DNA of 64,000 nucleotides from NCBI GenBank assembly GCA_964016885.1, contig OZ024751.1, positions 32,736,001-32,800,000 on the forward strand, given 5' to 3'. Made by a program: the position numbers and the translations under genes. Source of the stretch: Eledone cirrhosa (lineage: Eukaryota). Below are positions 25,084 through 38,300 of this stretch, piece after piece (positions within the stretch are counted from its first letter, which is position 1; the number at the start of each line of letters is the position of its first letter). Below the pieces are notes generated by a model. The model made no database searches. It was not told where the DNA came from and worked only from the letters and a program-made list of their open reading frames with translations.

Positions 25084-26536
25084 TCTTTTTACCTGTTCCA
25101 GCCATCCGGCTGAGGCTATGCTGGGGCACCGCCCTTGTTGCTACACATTTAATCTCCAGCCTGTATTGGTTGACCACTGGTGCAACAGGGAGTTCATTGC
25201 TGCTGCCCTTAGGTTTCCCTCGTGCCTTGCTGTGGGCTCATCTAGGATCTTGTATAGCAAGGTGTCGACATGTTTCTTGAAGACATCCACACCATGCAGA
25301 TCTCTCAGATCCCTTGGCAGCTTGTTGAAGAGTTGAGGGTCCTTGAACCCCAGACTTTTGCAATATCTGCTCCTTATTCTAGATATGGAAGACGGGATCT
25401 TTGGCACCACACAATGACGTCCTGTTCGGCAGTTGGTCCAGCTGCCAATGCCAAAGTTTGGTGCTAGTCCCTCCAGGATTTTCCACATGTAGATCACTGC
25501 GTATCTCTCCCGTCTTCATTCCAAGGAGTAGAGGTTCAGTTCTTTTAGCCTCGCCCAGTAGCTTATCTCCTTCATAGTCACAATCTTCTTGGTGTAGCTT
25601 CGCTGGATTGCCTCAAGCTCCGTGGTTAGTTTGACACTATGGGGTGACCACAACTGGGAGCAATAGTCCAGGCGGCTTAGGACAAATGTCCTCCATAGTG
25701 TCAACATGGTGTCTCGGTCTCTTGTCCGGAAAGTCTTCAAGATCCAGCCAGCGAGTCGTCTGCACATTGTCGCCACTTTCATGATGTGAGAGGAAAAAGA
25801 TGCATCATCGCTCATGTCTATACCCAAGTCTCATATCGATTTTTACCCAGGGATATCGGTCATATCGGTCCCTCCTGGTCCGGTGTAACTGTGTTGTACT
25901 GTATTTGTGTTTGCAGGAATTGCGTAGCACTTGGAATTTGCCAGCATTAAACTGCATGTTGTTGTCTTCTGCCCATTTGTATATGGCATACAGCCCTTGT
26001 TGTAAAAGGGCAGAGTCAGCCGGGTTTTTGATTTCCTGTGCTACCTTAGTGTCATCAGCATAGCTAGTGAGGGATGTTGTTGTATGTACTACAGAGGGTA
26101 TGTCTGAGAGAGCCACCAAAAACAGTAGTGGTCCCAGGACTGTGCCTTGGGGAACCCCACTTGTTATTGATAATTCCTTTGAGAGGGCCCCCGTTTGCTG
26201 CGACTGTCTGGCTTCTTTCCTTTAAGAAGTCGTGCAGCCACTCACCTACTTTTCTAGTTATGGTGAGTCCGTGTAGTTTGTGACATATCATTCCGTGGTC
26301 GACTTTGTCAAAGGCCTTCGCAAAGTCCAGATATATCATGTCCACATGTGAGCTGTCAAGCAGTTGTTTCAGTACCCAGTCTTAATGATGTAGCAGCTGT
26401 GTAAGGCAGCTTCTTCCTGGGTGGAAGCCATGCTGTGTGTTAGTCAGGCAGTCATTTTCCTCGAGGAAAGTGATCAGTTTCTTTCTGACGATTCGCTCCA
26501 TGACCTTACTGATATGTGACGTCAGGGAGACTGGCC
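25084..26536 (-). mobile_element. CR1-group LINE, 3' half, degraded
   Basis: YLDFAKAFDKVDH, GVPQGTVLGP, SYADDTK, RLDYCSQLWSP, LEAIQRSYTK, LNLYSLE, IYMWKILEGL; 3' end ggcggtgccccagcat...aacaggtaaaaagag. Confidence 0.88.
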
Positions 26537-26569
26537 TATGTTGTTTGGCTTCCGCTCTGCTACCTCCTA

Positions 26570-26870
26570 TATGGATAGGGCACTTGTGAATGCAAGCTCA
26601 CCTTTATCATTCTGGAAACACTTCTCTCCAATGACATCACAATTCTCTCTGACACACTGCCTCGTAATCTGGAACACCTCCTGTTTCTGTTCCTCGTGTT
26701 GCAAAACATGCTTGAATTTCCTATCCTCTACCTCCCTTCTAGCTAAGTATACTTGTCGCCTAGCTTCCCTCCTGGTCTCTATGTAATGTGCCCTGTTCTT
26801 CCATTCTTTCCATGCCTGTCGCTTAACCTTAACTGCCTCATCTACCATATTGTTCCACCACCAAGTCACT
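26570..26870 (-). mobile_element. RTE LINE fragment (linker between endonuclease and RT)
   Basis: TWWWNNMVDEAVK...RREARRQVY...IGEKC, homologous to ORF 36135-37097. Confidence 0.88.
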
Positions 26871-27822
26871 CTCCTCCTCCCTGTATATATCTTTTTATCA
26901 TTATCCTTTTCTCAAATATAGACAAATTACGACACACACACACAAATATTATGCATGGATATGTTACCTGGAAGCTGGAGAGTGAGAATAATATAGAGGA
27001 TAAAAGTCTATCTTCAGCAACAAGTGCTATATTGTCTCCCATGTTGAAAGATTATTTTACAATATAAGAACTTGAAACTAAGACTAACTGAGTCACAGAA
27101 TAGATAGGGATGTACACAAAAGACCTAGATGTGAAAAGAAGTGGAAATTGTGCAGATTGAACATTGAAGATGTGACCGATGTGAAGAAGCTGTGGAAAGA
27201 TGTGGCGAAAAGTGTGAAGAATGCAATCCCTAGAAAGGTCATCCCCGAGAGTAAACATTGGGAGTTACAGCAAACGTTTTAAGACATAGAAAGAGTAGTT
27301 GTGGATTGTTCCGGTGAAAAGCAATGAATCGGAAGCATAACAGACGACGCCCAGCAGTTGGAGTTCGCTGCCAAGCAGATACCAATATAATATTATATAT
27401 TAGGGAATCAGATAGGTTGTCTTTATTTCCTGTTGTTTTATTGCAAAAGCGTATCCTTGAAAGTGAGAGACAATATAGCGTTTGTTGGTGAAGATAATAT
27501 AATTTGTTTATCTATATTACTCTCTATGCAGAAATAAGGAAACATTTGCACATGGTCGACCCTGACTATACGTTCATATTAGTTGTGAAGCTTTGCTTTA
27601 GAGAAATAGAAAGAAGACGACTATATTTGTAATTCGAAGTATAATCGATGTAAGTATGATAAAAAATATTTGAAACATTGGAGATGATGTGCATCTAAAT
27701 ACTAAGCATATACAGATGCACACATAAGTGAAAAGGAACACAAGCACACACAAATAGATGGATAGCTGCACACACATGCATACATATCTACCTAGTTGAT
27801 GTTTAAATTTCAACAAGTCTTA

Positions 27823-29420
27823 TCTTCATCACTTTACGTCCGCTTTTCCTTGCTTGCAAGGGTGGGACGAACCTATTGAGCACAGTATCTCTCCACTTGT
27901 CACGGTCCTTCGTCATCTCCTCATTGAGCTTTAGAGATTTGAGGTCTGCTCACACCAGCTCCGCCCGTATTTTTCGTGGTCTTCCTCTACTGCGTTGTCC
28001 TTCTACTGGGATTTCTTGGCACTTCTTTACCTAGGTGTCATCCTCCATGCGCATCACATGTCTATACCAACATAGTCTTCTCTCCTGCACACTACAACTT
28101 ATCCCAGTTAAACAGTTTCTCCCTGAAGTCCTCCATGCCTAGTCGTTCATTTCTCTCCAGCCATCGCATATCCTCTGCAGTTGCTGCCCAAGTCTCACTA
28201 TCATGCAGCATCGCGCATCTCACACAGTCATCATATAACCATCCTTTCGTACGCAGGGAGAAATCCTTCTTTGTCAACAGAGGAAGCAGCTCCCTAAATT
28301 TCTTCCGACCTGTCCTTATTCTAGATATTATGGTCTCGGAACACCCCTCCCATTCTAATCAGATCACCTAGGTAGCGGAAGCTATCACCCACTTCTTTAG
28401 AACCCACCTTCATGTGGTAAATGTGTCTATCACTGCGTCTTCTACTGTCAAGTTCTGTACAACTACTGCATACGTATTTCTCTCTACTTGTTAGTTTGCC
28501 TGCTATCCCACTACATCTCTTGTGTACCCAGGATCTGCATTGTGTACATTTTATAGAATTTATCCCAACTCCTTTTCTACATATTGAACATGACCATTTC
28601 CCTGATGGAATCAGAGTTTTGTCCTCTTCTCTACTTATCAATACTTTTGTCTTAGCTAGGTTCACTCTCAGTCCTCTTGATTCCAACTGATTTTTCCATA
28701 GACAGAATTTCTTCTCTAGTTCCTCTACTGAATCTGCTATAAGTACCAGATCGTCAGCCTAGAGAAGTTCCCATGGGCAGTCAGTCTTAAACTCGTGTTA
28801 TGGCTTGGAGAATTATAATGAACAAGATCGGGCTGAGGACAGAGCCCTGATGCACTCCTACTTGTATCTGGAATTCCTCATTAAACTCCATTACTTCTCT
28901 CACTTTACTGACAGAACCTCTGTACTTAGCTTGCACTGTCCTCACAAGCCATTCCTCTACACCTATTTTCCTTAGAGACCACCAGATGACAGATCGTGGT
29001 ACACTATCAAAGACCTCCTCTAAGTCATCAAAAGCTAAGTATAGTGGCTTATTCTTCTCTAAGAACCTCTCTTGTAGTTGTATCACTAAGAAGAGGGCAT
29101 CTGTTGTACTTTTCCCAGGCATAAAACCAAACTGCATCTCATTTAGTTTGGCCCTTTCTCTAATTAGTTGCAATAGTATTCTTTCTGTCACTTTCATAAC
29201 CGGATCCATCAGTTTGATGCCCCTATAATTGCTCATTTCCAGAGCATCCCTTTCTACCTTTGTCGCAATTTATAAGAATACTGCAGCACCAGTCTTTGGG
29301 TATGACTCAGCCATATATATAACTTGATTGACGATGCGTGCAACCAGTTTAGTAGCTACTTTTGATGCCCTAACCCTATATTCGTCTTTGTGAATAGCTG
29401 GTCCCTCTATCGGATAATAA
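27823..29420 (-). mobile_element. RTE LINE 3' half (RT, PHD-like finger, short 3' tail), degraded
   Basis: NYRGIKLMD, QFGFMPGKST, GVHQGSVLSP, GLRVNLAKTK, CSICRKGVGINSIKCTQC...HKRC...CSSC, FRYLGD; tail cccttgcaagc...gcggacgtaaagtgatgaag. Confidence 0.92.
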
Positions 29421-30599
29421 TTTGTGAAAAAATGAAAGAAGAAAACACACACATACACTCTCTCACTCACATGAACAGACATTGAGCACTAAATATCTAT
29501 TTGTTTTTAATATATAATTTCAATAATAATTAATTGCTAAGATGGATTACATTGCCACCGGTTATATTTTATATATTTCCTAAAACTCGTTTGTTTAAAA
29601 AGCTTATTTTTTTTTTCTTTTTACTCTGACATTTTGACTTGTAGCTCTGATAAGTTGAGCTAGATTGCCAGCGTTGAAATAGTTGCGCTTTAGTTTTGAT
29701 GTGGGGGTATAGTATATTGTCATGTATGTATATACTTATGTGTACATATATCTATATATGTATGTATGTATACACGTGTATGTATATCTATATGTATATC
29801 TACATATATATATATATGTTATTGTGTATAGTGTTTGTGTGTTTACATAAGACTACAAATCTGTTTATGCAGCATTCCAATTAGCAAAGGGAGATTACTC
29901 TACAATATTTTAATAAAATTATTGGAGTTGTTTCCCTTTTATCCGGAAATGTTGTCGTTTGATAAAACTGTGATTGAATTTATGCCTTGTTAAGGCTGGT
30001 TCGGTCTCAGTCAGTGCTAATTGTATGCTGTTAAAAGAAAGATATTTCATGTGACATAATTACTGCAACAGGTTAGGTATTTTCAAGGTTTGGGGTTGTA
30101 TTTTATTGTTTAAATATGATTGTCACTTAGATAAGACAGGATTCATCAATTTGTAGAAGAATTGATAGGGTTAAGTTTTAATTTTTGGGTGGGTGTGTAT
30201 ATATGAAACTGAATAGCTATTTATATACATGATCTGTTGATTCTCTATCCTTCTTTCTCATAAATATAGACATAGAAATTACGATATACAAGTACACACA
30301 TACATGCATACACTCACACACACACATATATTTCACATTGTTCTGATCAAAATATTTAATTTCTTCACAGAATAATAAATCATGTTTTAGTTTTTGCTGG
30401 TGTTGTTTGGATTGGCGGTGTTGTTGTGAGTGGTGGCGGTGTTTGTGTTGTTGTTGTTACACATACACACACATACCCACACTGACTGGCAAAACTTCTT
30501 TCATCTCAATGAAATTTCCGCCCAAACAACTACTACCACCTCCATCCCCACCACCAGGTTCACAATTATACACACACACACAGATTCATACATACACAC

Positions 30600-31027
30600 A
30601 TGTGTGAGATGGTAGTGAGACATGGGCAGCAACTGCAGAAGATATGCGACGGCTAGAGAGAAATGAAGCAAGCATGCTCCATTGGATGTGCAATGCCAAA
30701 GTGCGTGAACGACCAAGCATAGACGAGTTGAGAAAGAAACTGGGTATAAGAGGGATAAGTTGTGGTGTGCAGGAGAGAAGGCTGAGATGGTATGGACATG
30801 TGATGCGAATGTAGGATGACCGCCGGCTAAAGAAGTGCCAAGAAATCCCAGTAGAAGGAAGACGCAGTAGAGGTAGACCACGAAAAACATGGGCGGAGGT
30901 GGTGAGAGCAGACCTCAAATCTCACCGTGGAGATGACGAAGGACCGTGACAAGTGGAGAGATGCTGTGCTGAATAGCACCCGTCCAACCCTTGCAAGCAG
31001 GGAAAAGCGGACGTAAAATGATGACGA
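30600..31027 (+). mobile_element. RTE LINE 3' end
   Basis: GSETWA...RWMC...RLRWYGHV...GRPRKTW coding, then cccttgcaagcagggaaaagcggacgtaaaatgatgacgat. Confidence 0.9.
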
Positions 31028-31409
31028 TATTAGTGGGTGTGTGTTCATAATCACTCACGGGAAGTCAAATGGCTGCAGGTCAGTCAGATTTATATTTAAT
31101 TTATTTCTTAAAAAATAAAATTTGTTTAATTTATTTCTTTAAAAAAAGTTCAATTTAATTTTTTTCTTAAAAAATAAAAAGTTTAATTTCATTTATTTCT
31201 TAAAAAAAAAATTAAATATAATTAATTTCTTCAAAAAAAAGCTTTGTTAAATTTATTTTTACGTTTTGTATTGGGGAAAAATTTTCCATTTAATTAATTT
31301 CATCATTTTGTTGTATATACACACATGCATATATACAATTGTTATATATATATATATGAAATGTCATATAAGGTGGGAGTTATTAGAATACTTTGCAGTA
31401 TTCCTTTTT

Positions 31410-31570
31410 GTTCTATGCTCTCTGAGTTGAAATCCCGCCGAGGTCAATTTTGCCTTTCATCCCTTGGAAGTTGATAAAAAAAGTACCAGTGAAATACTGA
31501 TGTGAATTCTTCCTCTCTTTATTTTTCTCACTTTATCTTTTTATGAATAAAAGTACCAGTCAAATACTGG
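31410..31570 (+). mobile_element. SINE fragment (Meta/Sauria-like central domain); another on the minus strand at ~43148-43210
   Basis: gagttgaaatcccgccgaggtcaattttgcctttcatccc...gataaaaaaagtaccag: B-box remnant plus a recognisable SINE core. Confidence 0.6.
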
Positions 31571-31964
31571 GTTCCTCTCTTCTCTGTGTTTCCTCTCTTC
31601 CCTGTCTATCTTTCTGGAAGAATTTGCTATTTTTAGAACTGGAGGGGGTGGGATTTGTTAGGGATTAAGGTTAGAAAATGAAAGATATATATGTATATAT
31701 ATGTATAATATGTGTGTTGATGAAATTATGTTGGTGTTGGTGGTGGTAAAAATTGTTTTGCAAGATTTATCTGGAAAAATCTGTTGAATTATATTGTTTT
31801 GTTTTCACTTTGATTTATTATATAATTATGGTTGGTTGGTTGTCTCTCTCGTGGTTACTGGTATTGTCTCTCTGTTCTCTCGTTTGACAAACGACTTTAT
31901 AAAAGCTGACTCAATATTGTTCAATGTTTTACTGCTACTTTAAGAGACGGGTGGGCAAAGGGGG

Positions 31965-33577
31965 ACAATAATATCTGCTTACACACCCCAATGTTGACTG
32001 CCTGGCGTTATTAAAGACAGATTCTATGAGTCGCTAATGCTCACTACCTCCCAACTAACCGACAGTGACAACATAATTGTTGGCGACCTAAATGGTCATG
32101 TTGGACAACATTGTGATAGCTATGATGGAATCCATGGTGGCTACAGGTTTGGTACCAGAAATGAGGAAGGCTTTAGAATCCTGGAATTCTGTAACTCTAA
32201 TAACCTAACTATCTGTAACACAAACTTTAAAAACCAGACAATCACTTGATCACCTATAGATCAGGGGAACATGCCAGTCAGATAGATTATATCCTTACCA
32301 GAAGATGTGAAAAAGTGTCTGTCGTAAACACTATTTCCCTCCCCCGTGAAGAATGCACCTCCCAACATAGCTCATAGTTAGTGACCTCATAGTCAGGACG
32401 AGACGTATTCGACAACAGAGGAGGACTACCCTGAGAAGAAGAATATGAAAGTTAAAGGACCCCACAGCCAGTAACAAATTTAAAAGCAAATTACTTGATG
32501 CTTTTGACAGTAAAGAAGAGCAATTAGAGACATACAGTATAGAGGAACAGTGGGAATTCCTGAAAGTTAACTTGCTGAAGGCGACAGATGAAATCTGTAG
32601 CTGGAGCAGACCTATAGGCAGGAGGAGTCAATCAAGGCCAAAAAGAGAGCTTGGAAAGCATGGCGGGATGGGGGAAGCAGAGAAGCCTATCAAGTGGCCA
32701 GGAGGGAAGCTAGGAGACAAGTGTACTTTGCAAGAAGGGAAGCAGAAGAAATAAAGTTCAAGCATGTTCTACAACGTGAGGACCAAAAACGTGAGGTGTT
32801 CAGGATTGCTAGGCAATGTGTCAAGGAAAACCGTGATATTGTCGGGGAGAAGTGTGCCCGTAATGATGATGGTATACTTGTCATCACTGATACAGATAAA
32901 AAGGTAGCTTGGAAGTGTCACTACGAGAGGCTACTAAATGAGGAGAATAAGTGGGAAAAAGATAGTCTGCCCCAAAACAATCCAATAGAGGAACCAGCAG
33001 TGCAAGTTGAAGGTTGTATAATAAGTAAGGCAATCAAAGATATGGAGACAGGCAAAGCAGCTGGGCCTTCAGAGATAGTTGCTGAAATGTTGAAAGCATC
33101 TGGATCGGTGGGACATTCTATGGTCACCCGGATAGTAAACCATGTCATACAGAATGGGGTTATACCAAATGACTGGCATAATAGCATCATCATCATTAAC
33201 TGCTACAAGGGTAAAGGAGATGCCCTATATAGGGGAAACTATAGAGGCATTAAATTAATTGACCAGGTCATGAAGGTCACAGAAAGAGTTATAGCGCAAT
33301 TAAAGAGAGCGAATTGATCTAGACGAAATGCCGTTTGGGTTTGTGTCAAGTAAAAGTACCACAGACGCTCTTTTCCTTGTACGACAACTACAGGAGAAGT
33401 ACCTAGCTAAAAGTAAACCCCGATACTTAGCTTTTGTTGACTTGGAGAAAGCCTTTGACAGAGTCCCCCGCTCCATTATCTGGTGGACTCTTAGAAAACT
33501 AGGTGTTGATGAATTGCTTGTCAGAGCTATACAAACCATGTATGAAGAAAAAGTCAGCAAGGTTAGAATTAACAACG
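31965..33577 (+). mobile_element. RTE LINE internal fragment (endonuclease to start of RT), degraded
   Basis: GDLNGHVG, NYRGIKLID, AFVDLEKAFDRVPR; collinear with ~35780-37435; cut by a SINE. Confidence 0.92.
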
Positions 33578-33907
33578 AATCATCATTTTACATCCGCTTT
33601 TCCCTGTTTGCAAGGGTGGGACGTGAACTGATTCTGGCTTGATTTCTACAGCCGGATGCCCTTCCTAACACCAACCTCATTTACAGTGAGTGCTGGGTGC
33701 TTTATTTCCGTGGCGCCTACACGTCCACTTTACAGTGGAATGATAGGGACCCCTGTCCTATCATCTCATTTCTACAGCTGAGTAAACAGGAGCAATGTGA
33801 AATAAAGTGTCTTGCTCAAGGAAACAACACATCACCCGGTGTGAGAATTGAAATCACAATCTTTTGATTGCCAGGCCAATGTTCTAACCACTAAGCCATG
33901 TGCCTCC
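33578..33907 (-). mobile_element. tRNA-derived SINE, same family as 5436-5786
   Basis: Collinear with 5460-5786, including the A box and RTE-type tail. Confidence 0.9.
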
Positions 33908-34456
33908 ATATACATATAAATACATATACATACATATACATACATACATACACATACATACATACATACACACATACATATATATATACATAATATACAT
34001 ATACATACATACATACACATAAGCATATACACATATACACATTCATATACACATACACAAGCATATATACATATACACAAGTATATATACATATACACAA
34101 GTATATATACATATACACAAGTATATATACATATACACGAGTATATATACATATACACGAGTATATATACATATACACGAGTATATATACATATACACGA
34201 GTATATATACATATACACGAGTATATATACATATACACGAGTATATATACATATACACGAGTATATATACATATACACAAGTATATATACATATACATAC
34301 ATACATATATACATATACATACATACATATATACATATACATACATACATATATACATATACATACATATATACATATACATACATACACATATACATAT
34401 ACATACATACATATATACATATACATACATATACATACATACATATACATACATAT
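33908..34456. repeat. Microsatellite containing a 20 bp minisatellite gtatatatacatatacac(a/g)a
   Basis: About 10 in-phase copies at 34081-34280. Confidence 0.93.
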
Positions 34457-35064
34457 GGTGGCTGCCAACTCGTTTTCGAGTACGGCCACTACTTTATATC
34501 CATATAGGAGAACCCCTACCGATGCACTGAACGAGTGTGACCTTTTAGTCCAGCCAGCGACTTGAAAACTCTGGTACAAACACTACACTTGTGACAAATA
34601 TTGACACATAGTGCTGGGGCCATGGTACCCTGTGACGACAAGTGCAGAGAGATCTCCAGATATAAAGCAATGCCTGTGCCGTGAAGCTTTTATAGTGAGC
34701 AAAGGCACTGCACAAAGCCAGTCCCACTCTCTTAACCAAGATGATATTTACCAAAAAGAAGAACAAGTCAACATCATTGGATACCATCAGAGTTGCAGGT
34801 GTTATATCAGAGTTTTCCTTCTCCTAGAATTCTGCCTTGACAAAGGCTAAGGGGTCATCTCTCCCGGTGATTTTGGATGGCCATTGACTCTTAAGAGCTC
34901 CTTTGCCCTTTGACAGGTCTTGTTTTTAGTCCTGCAGGATGTCCAAAGTCACCCTCCTCACCAAGAAACCTTGGTGGGGTTGCCAGTTTAGTCGCCAACG
35001 ACCCGACCATGGGACAGGTTGTACTGGGATACATGTTACCAGTAGCACCAACTGGTGACCTGAC
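34457..35064 (-). mobile_element. Non-coding RTE-UTR-like element inserted in the microsatellite; partial second copy at ~39036-39156
   Basis: Minus strand has ctaggagaaggaaaactctga, which I recognise from RTE 5' UTRs. tttcgagtacggccactac...cactacacttgtga recurs near 39036. Confidence 0.55.
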
Positions 35065-35356
35065 ATACATATATACATATACATACATATATACATATAC
35101 ATACATATATACATATACATACATATATACATATACATACATATACACATATACATACATATACACATATACACATACATACATATACATACATACATAT
35201 ACATATACATACACATATATACATATACACATATATACATACACACATATATACATACACACATATATACATACACACATATATGCATACATACATATAC
35301 ACATATATATACATACATACACACACATATGCATACATATATATATATACATACAT

Positions 35357-38300
35357 AAAAACAAATTCACCTCATGGACGAGAATGCAAGGGCTCCTCCT
35401 CTTTGTTTCGGTCGTGGATGGCTAACATAACCCATCTCCCCCATTTCCCCCCGCTCCCACCCTCCAAACGCAATCCAAAACTTCAGAGTTGGTACCATGA
35501 ATGTAGGCACCTTAAAGGGTCGCTCTAATGAGGTTGTAGAAATGCTTGAACGTAAGGAGGTCGATGTTTGTTGTATTCAAGAGACCAGGTGGAGGGGTGG
35601 GTCTGCTAGATTCATCGTGGGTAAAGAACGATGCTATAAGCTTTTCTTGGTGGGAAATGACGATGGGCTGGGTGGAGTAGGAATCATGGTAGCAGAAAAG
35701 TGGGCAGATAAGATAATAGACGTAAATAGAGTGAACGACAGAATAATTAAAATAAGATTTGTCCTCAATAGAACTACGGTGACAGTAATATCTGCGTACG
35801 CACCCCAATCCGGACTGCCCGGCACTATAAAAGACAGATTCTATGAGACACTGATGCTCACTACCTCCCAAATAACCAACAGTGACTATATAATTATTGC
35901 TGGCAACCTAAATGGTCACGTTGGACAACATTGTGACGGCTATGACGGAATCCATGGAGGCTATGGGTTTGGTACTAGAAATGAGGAAGGCTCCAGAATC
36001 CTGGAATTCTGTGACGCAAATAACCTAACTATCTGTAACACTAACTTCAAAAAACGAGACAATCACTTGATCACCTATAGATAGGGGGACACACAAGCCA
36101 GGTAGATTATATCCTTACCAGGAGACGTGACAGAGTGTCTGTTGTAAACACTAAATCCCTCCCCCATGAAGAATGCACGTCTCAACATAGACTCATAATT
36201 AGCGACCTCATAGTCAGGACGAGACGTATTCCACAACAGAAGAGGACTATCCTCAGGAGAAAAATATGGAAATTAAAGGACCCCACAGCCAGTAATAAAT
36301 TTAAAAGCATATTACTTGATGCTTTTGATAGTAAGGAAGAGCAATTAGAGTTGTACAATATAGAGGAAGAGTGGGAATTCCTGAAAGCTAACCTGTTGAA
36401 GGCGACAGATGAAACCTGTGGCTGGAGCAGGCCTCTAGACAGGAGGAGAGTAACTTGGTGGTGGAACAGTAAGGTGGAGAGGTCAATCAAGGCCAAAAAG
36501 CAGGCTTGGAAAGCATGGCGGGATGGGGGAAGTAGAGAAGACTATCAAGTGGCCAGGAGGGAAGCTAGGAGACAAGTGTACTTCGCAAGAAGGGAAGCAG
36601 AGGAAAGAAAGTTCAAGCATGTTCTACAACGCGAGGACCAAAAACGTGAGGTGTTCAGGATTGCTAGGCAATGTGTCAAGGAAAACAGTGATATTGTCGG
36701 GGAGAAGTGTGTCCTAAATGATGATGGTGTACTTGCCATCACTGACGCTGATAAGAAGGTAGCTTGGAAGTGTCACTACGAAAGGCTACTAAATGAGGAG
36801 AATAATTGGGAGAAAGACAGTCTCCCCCACATCGACCCAATAGAGGGACCAGCAGTGAAAGTTGAAGGTAGTATAATAAGTAAGGCGATCAAAGACATGA
36901 AGACGGGCAAGGCGTCCGGGCCTTCGGAAATAGTTGCCGAAATGCTGAAAGCATCTGGAACGGTGGGACACAGTATGGTCACCCGGATAGTAAACCAAGT
37001 CATACAGAATGGGGTCGTTCCGAAGGACTGGCGCAGCAGCATCATCATTAACTGCTACAAGGGTAAAGGTGATGCCCTAGATAGGGGGAAACTATAGAGG
37101 CATTAAATTAATTGACCAGGTCATGAAGGTCACAGAAAAAGTAATAGCGCAACTAATCAGAGAGCGAATTGATCTAGACGAAATGCAGTTCGGGTTTGTG
37201 TCAGGTAAAAGTACAACAGACGCTCTTTTCATTGTACAACATCTACAGGAGAAGTACCTAGCTAAAAGTAAACCCCTATACTTAGCTTTTGTTGACTTGG
37301 AGAAAGCCTTTGACAGAGTACCCCGCTTGATTATCTGGTGAGCCCTTAGAAAACTAGGTGTTGATGAATGGCTTGTGAGAGCTATACAAGCCATGTATAA
37401 AGAAACAGTCAGCAAGGTTAGAATTAACAACGAATATAGTGAAGAGTTGGTGTTCATCGGGGCTCCGTCCTTAGCCCCCTACTATTTATTATTGCTCTTC
37501 AGGCTATAACAGAGGAGTTCAAGACCGGCTGCCCATGGGAACTCCTATATGCAGATGATCTAACGCTCATAGCTGAATCAATGGCTGAACTAGAAAATAA
37601 ATTCCAAACATGGAAGCATGGCCTAGAATCAAAAGGCCTTAAAGTTAACTTGTCTAAGACTAAAGTTTGTAGGAAGGAAAATAGGGCACCGGTCCCATCT
37701 GGGAAATGGCCATGCTCAGTGTGTAGGAAAGGAGTAGGTAGAAACTCCATGTTATGTCCCAAATGCAAAGTATGGCTACATAAAAGATGTAGTGGGATCA
37801 CAGGTAAGCTAACTAAGAATATAGATTTTATATGTGGCCGGTGCTCTGGTGCAATAAGTAGCACACAAGTGCCCACAGAATACTAACTCATTCCATTGCA
37901 CAGATGGTTCTATAGAAATAGTGGACAGCTTCCGTTACCTGGGTGATAAAATCAGCAGTGGGGGAGGGTGCTCTGAAAGTACAGTAGCTAGAGTCAGAAC
38001 GGGATGGAAAAAGTTAAGAGAGCTTATACTACTATTGGCCGTTAAAGGGTTCTCTCTAAAAATGAAAGGCAGGCTGTATGATGCCTGCATACGAACAGCA
38101 ATGTTACATGGCAGTGAGACCTAGGCATTGTGTGCAGAGGATATACGCAGGCTGGAGAGAAACGAAGCTTGCATGCTCCGCTGGATGTGTAATAGTAATA
38201 TACGTGAACGGCAAAGCATAAACGAAATAAGGGAGAAATTAGAAATAAGAGGGATCAGATGTTTACTCGAGAGAAGACTGTGTTGGTATGGTCACGGGAT

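Noticed and set aside
34061-34290. CRISPR-like regular repeat
   Set aside because: No unique spacers, no cas genes, eukaryotic context.
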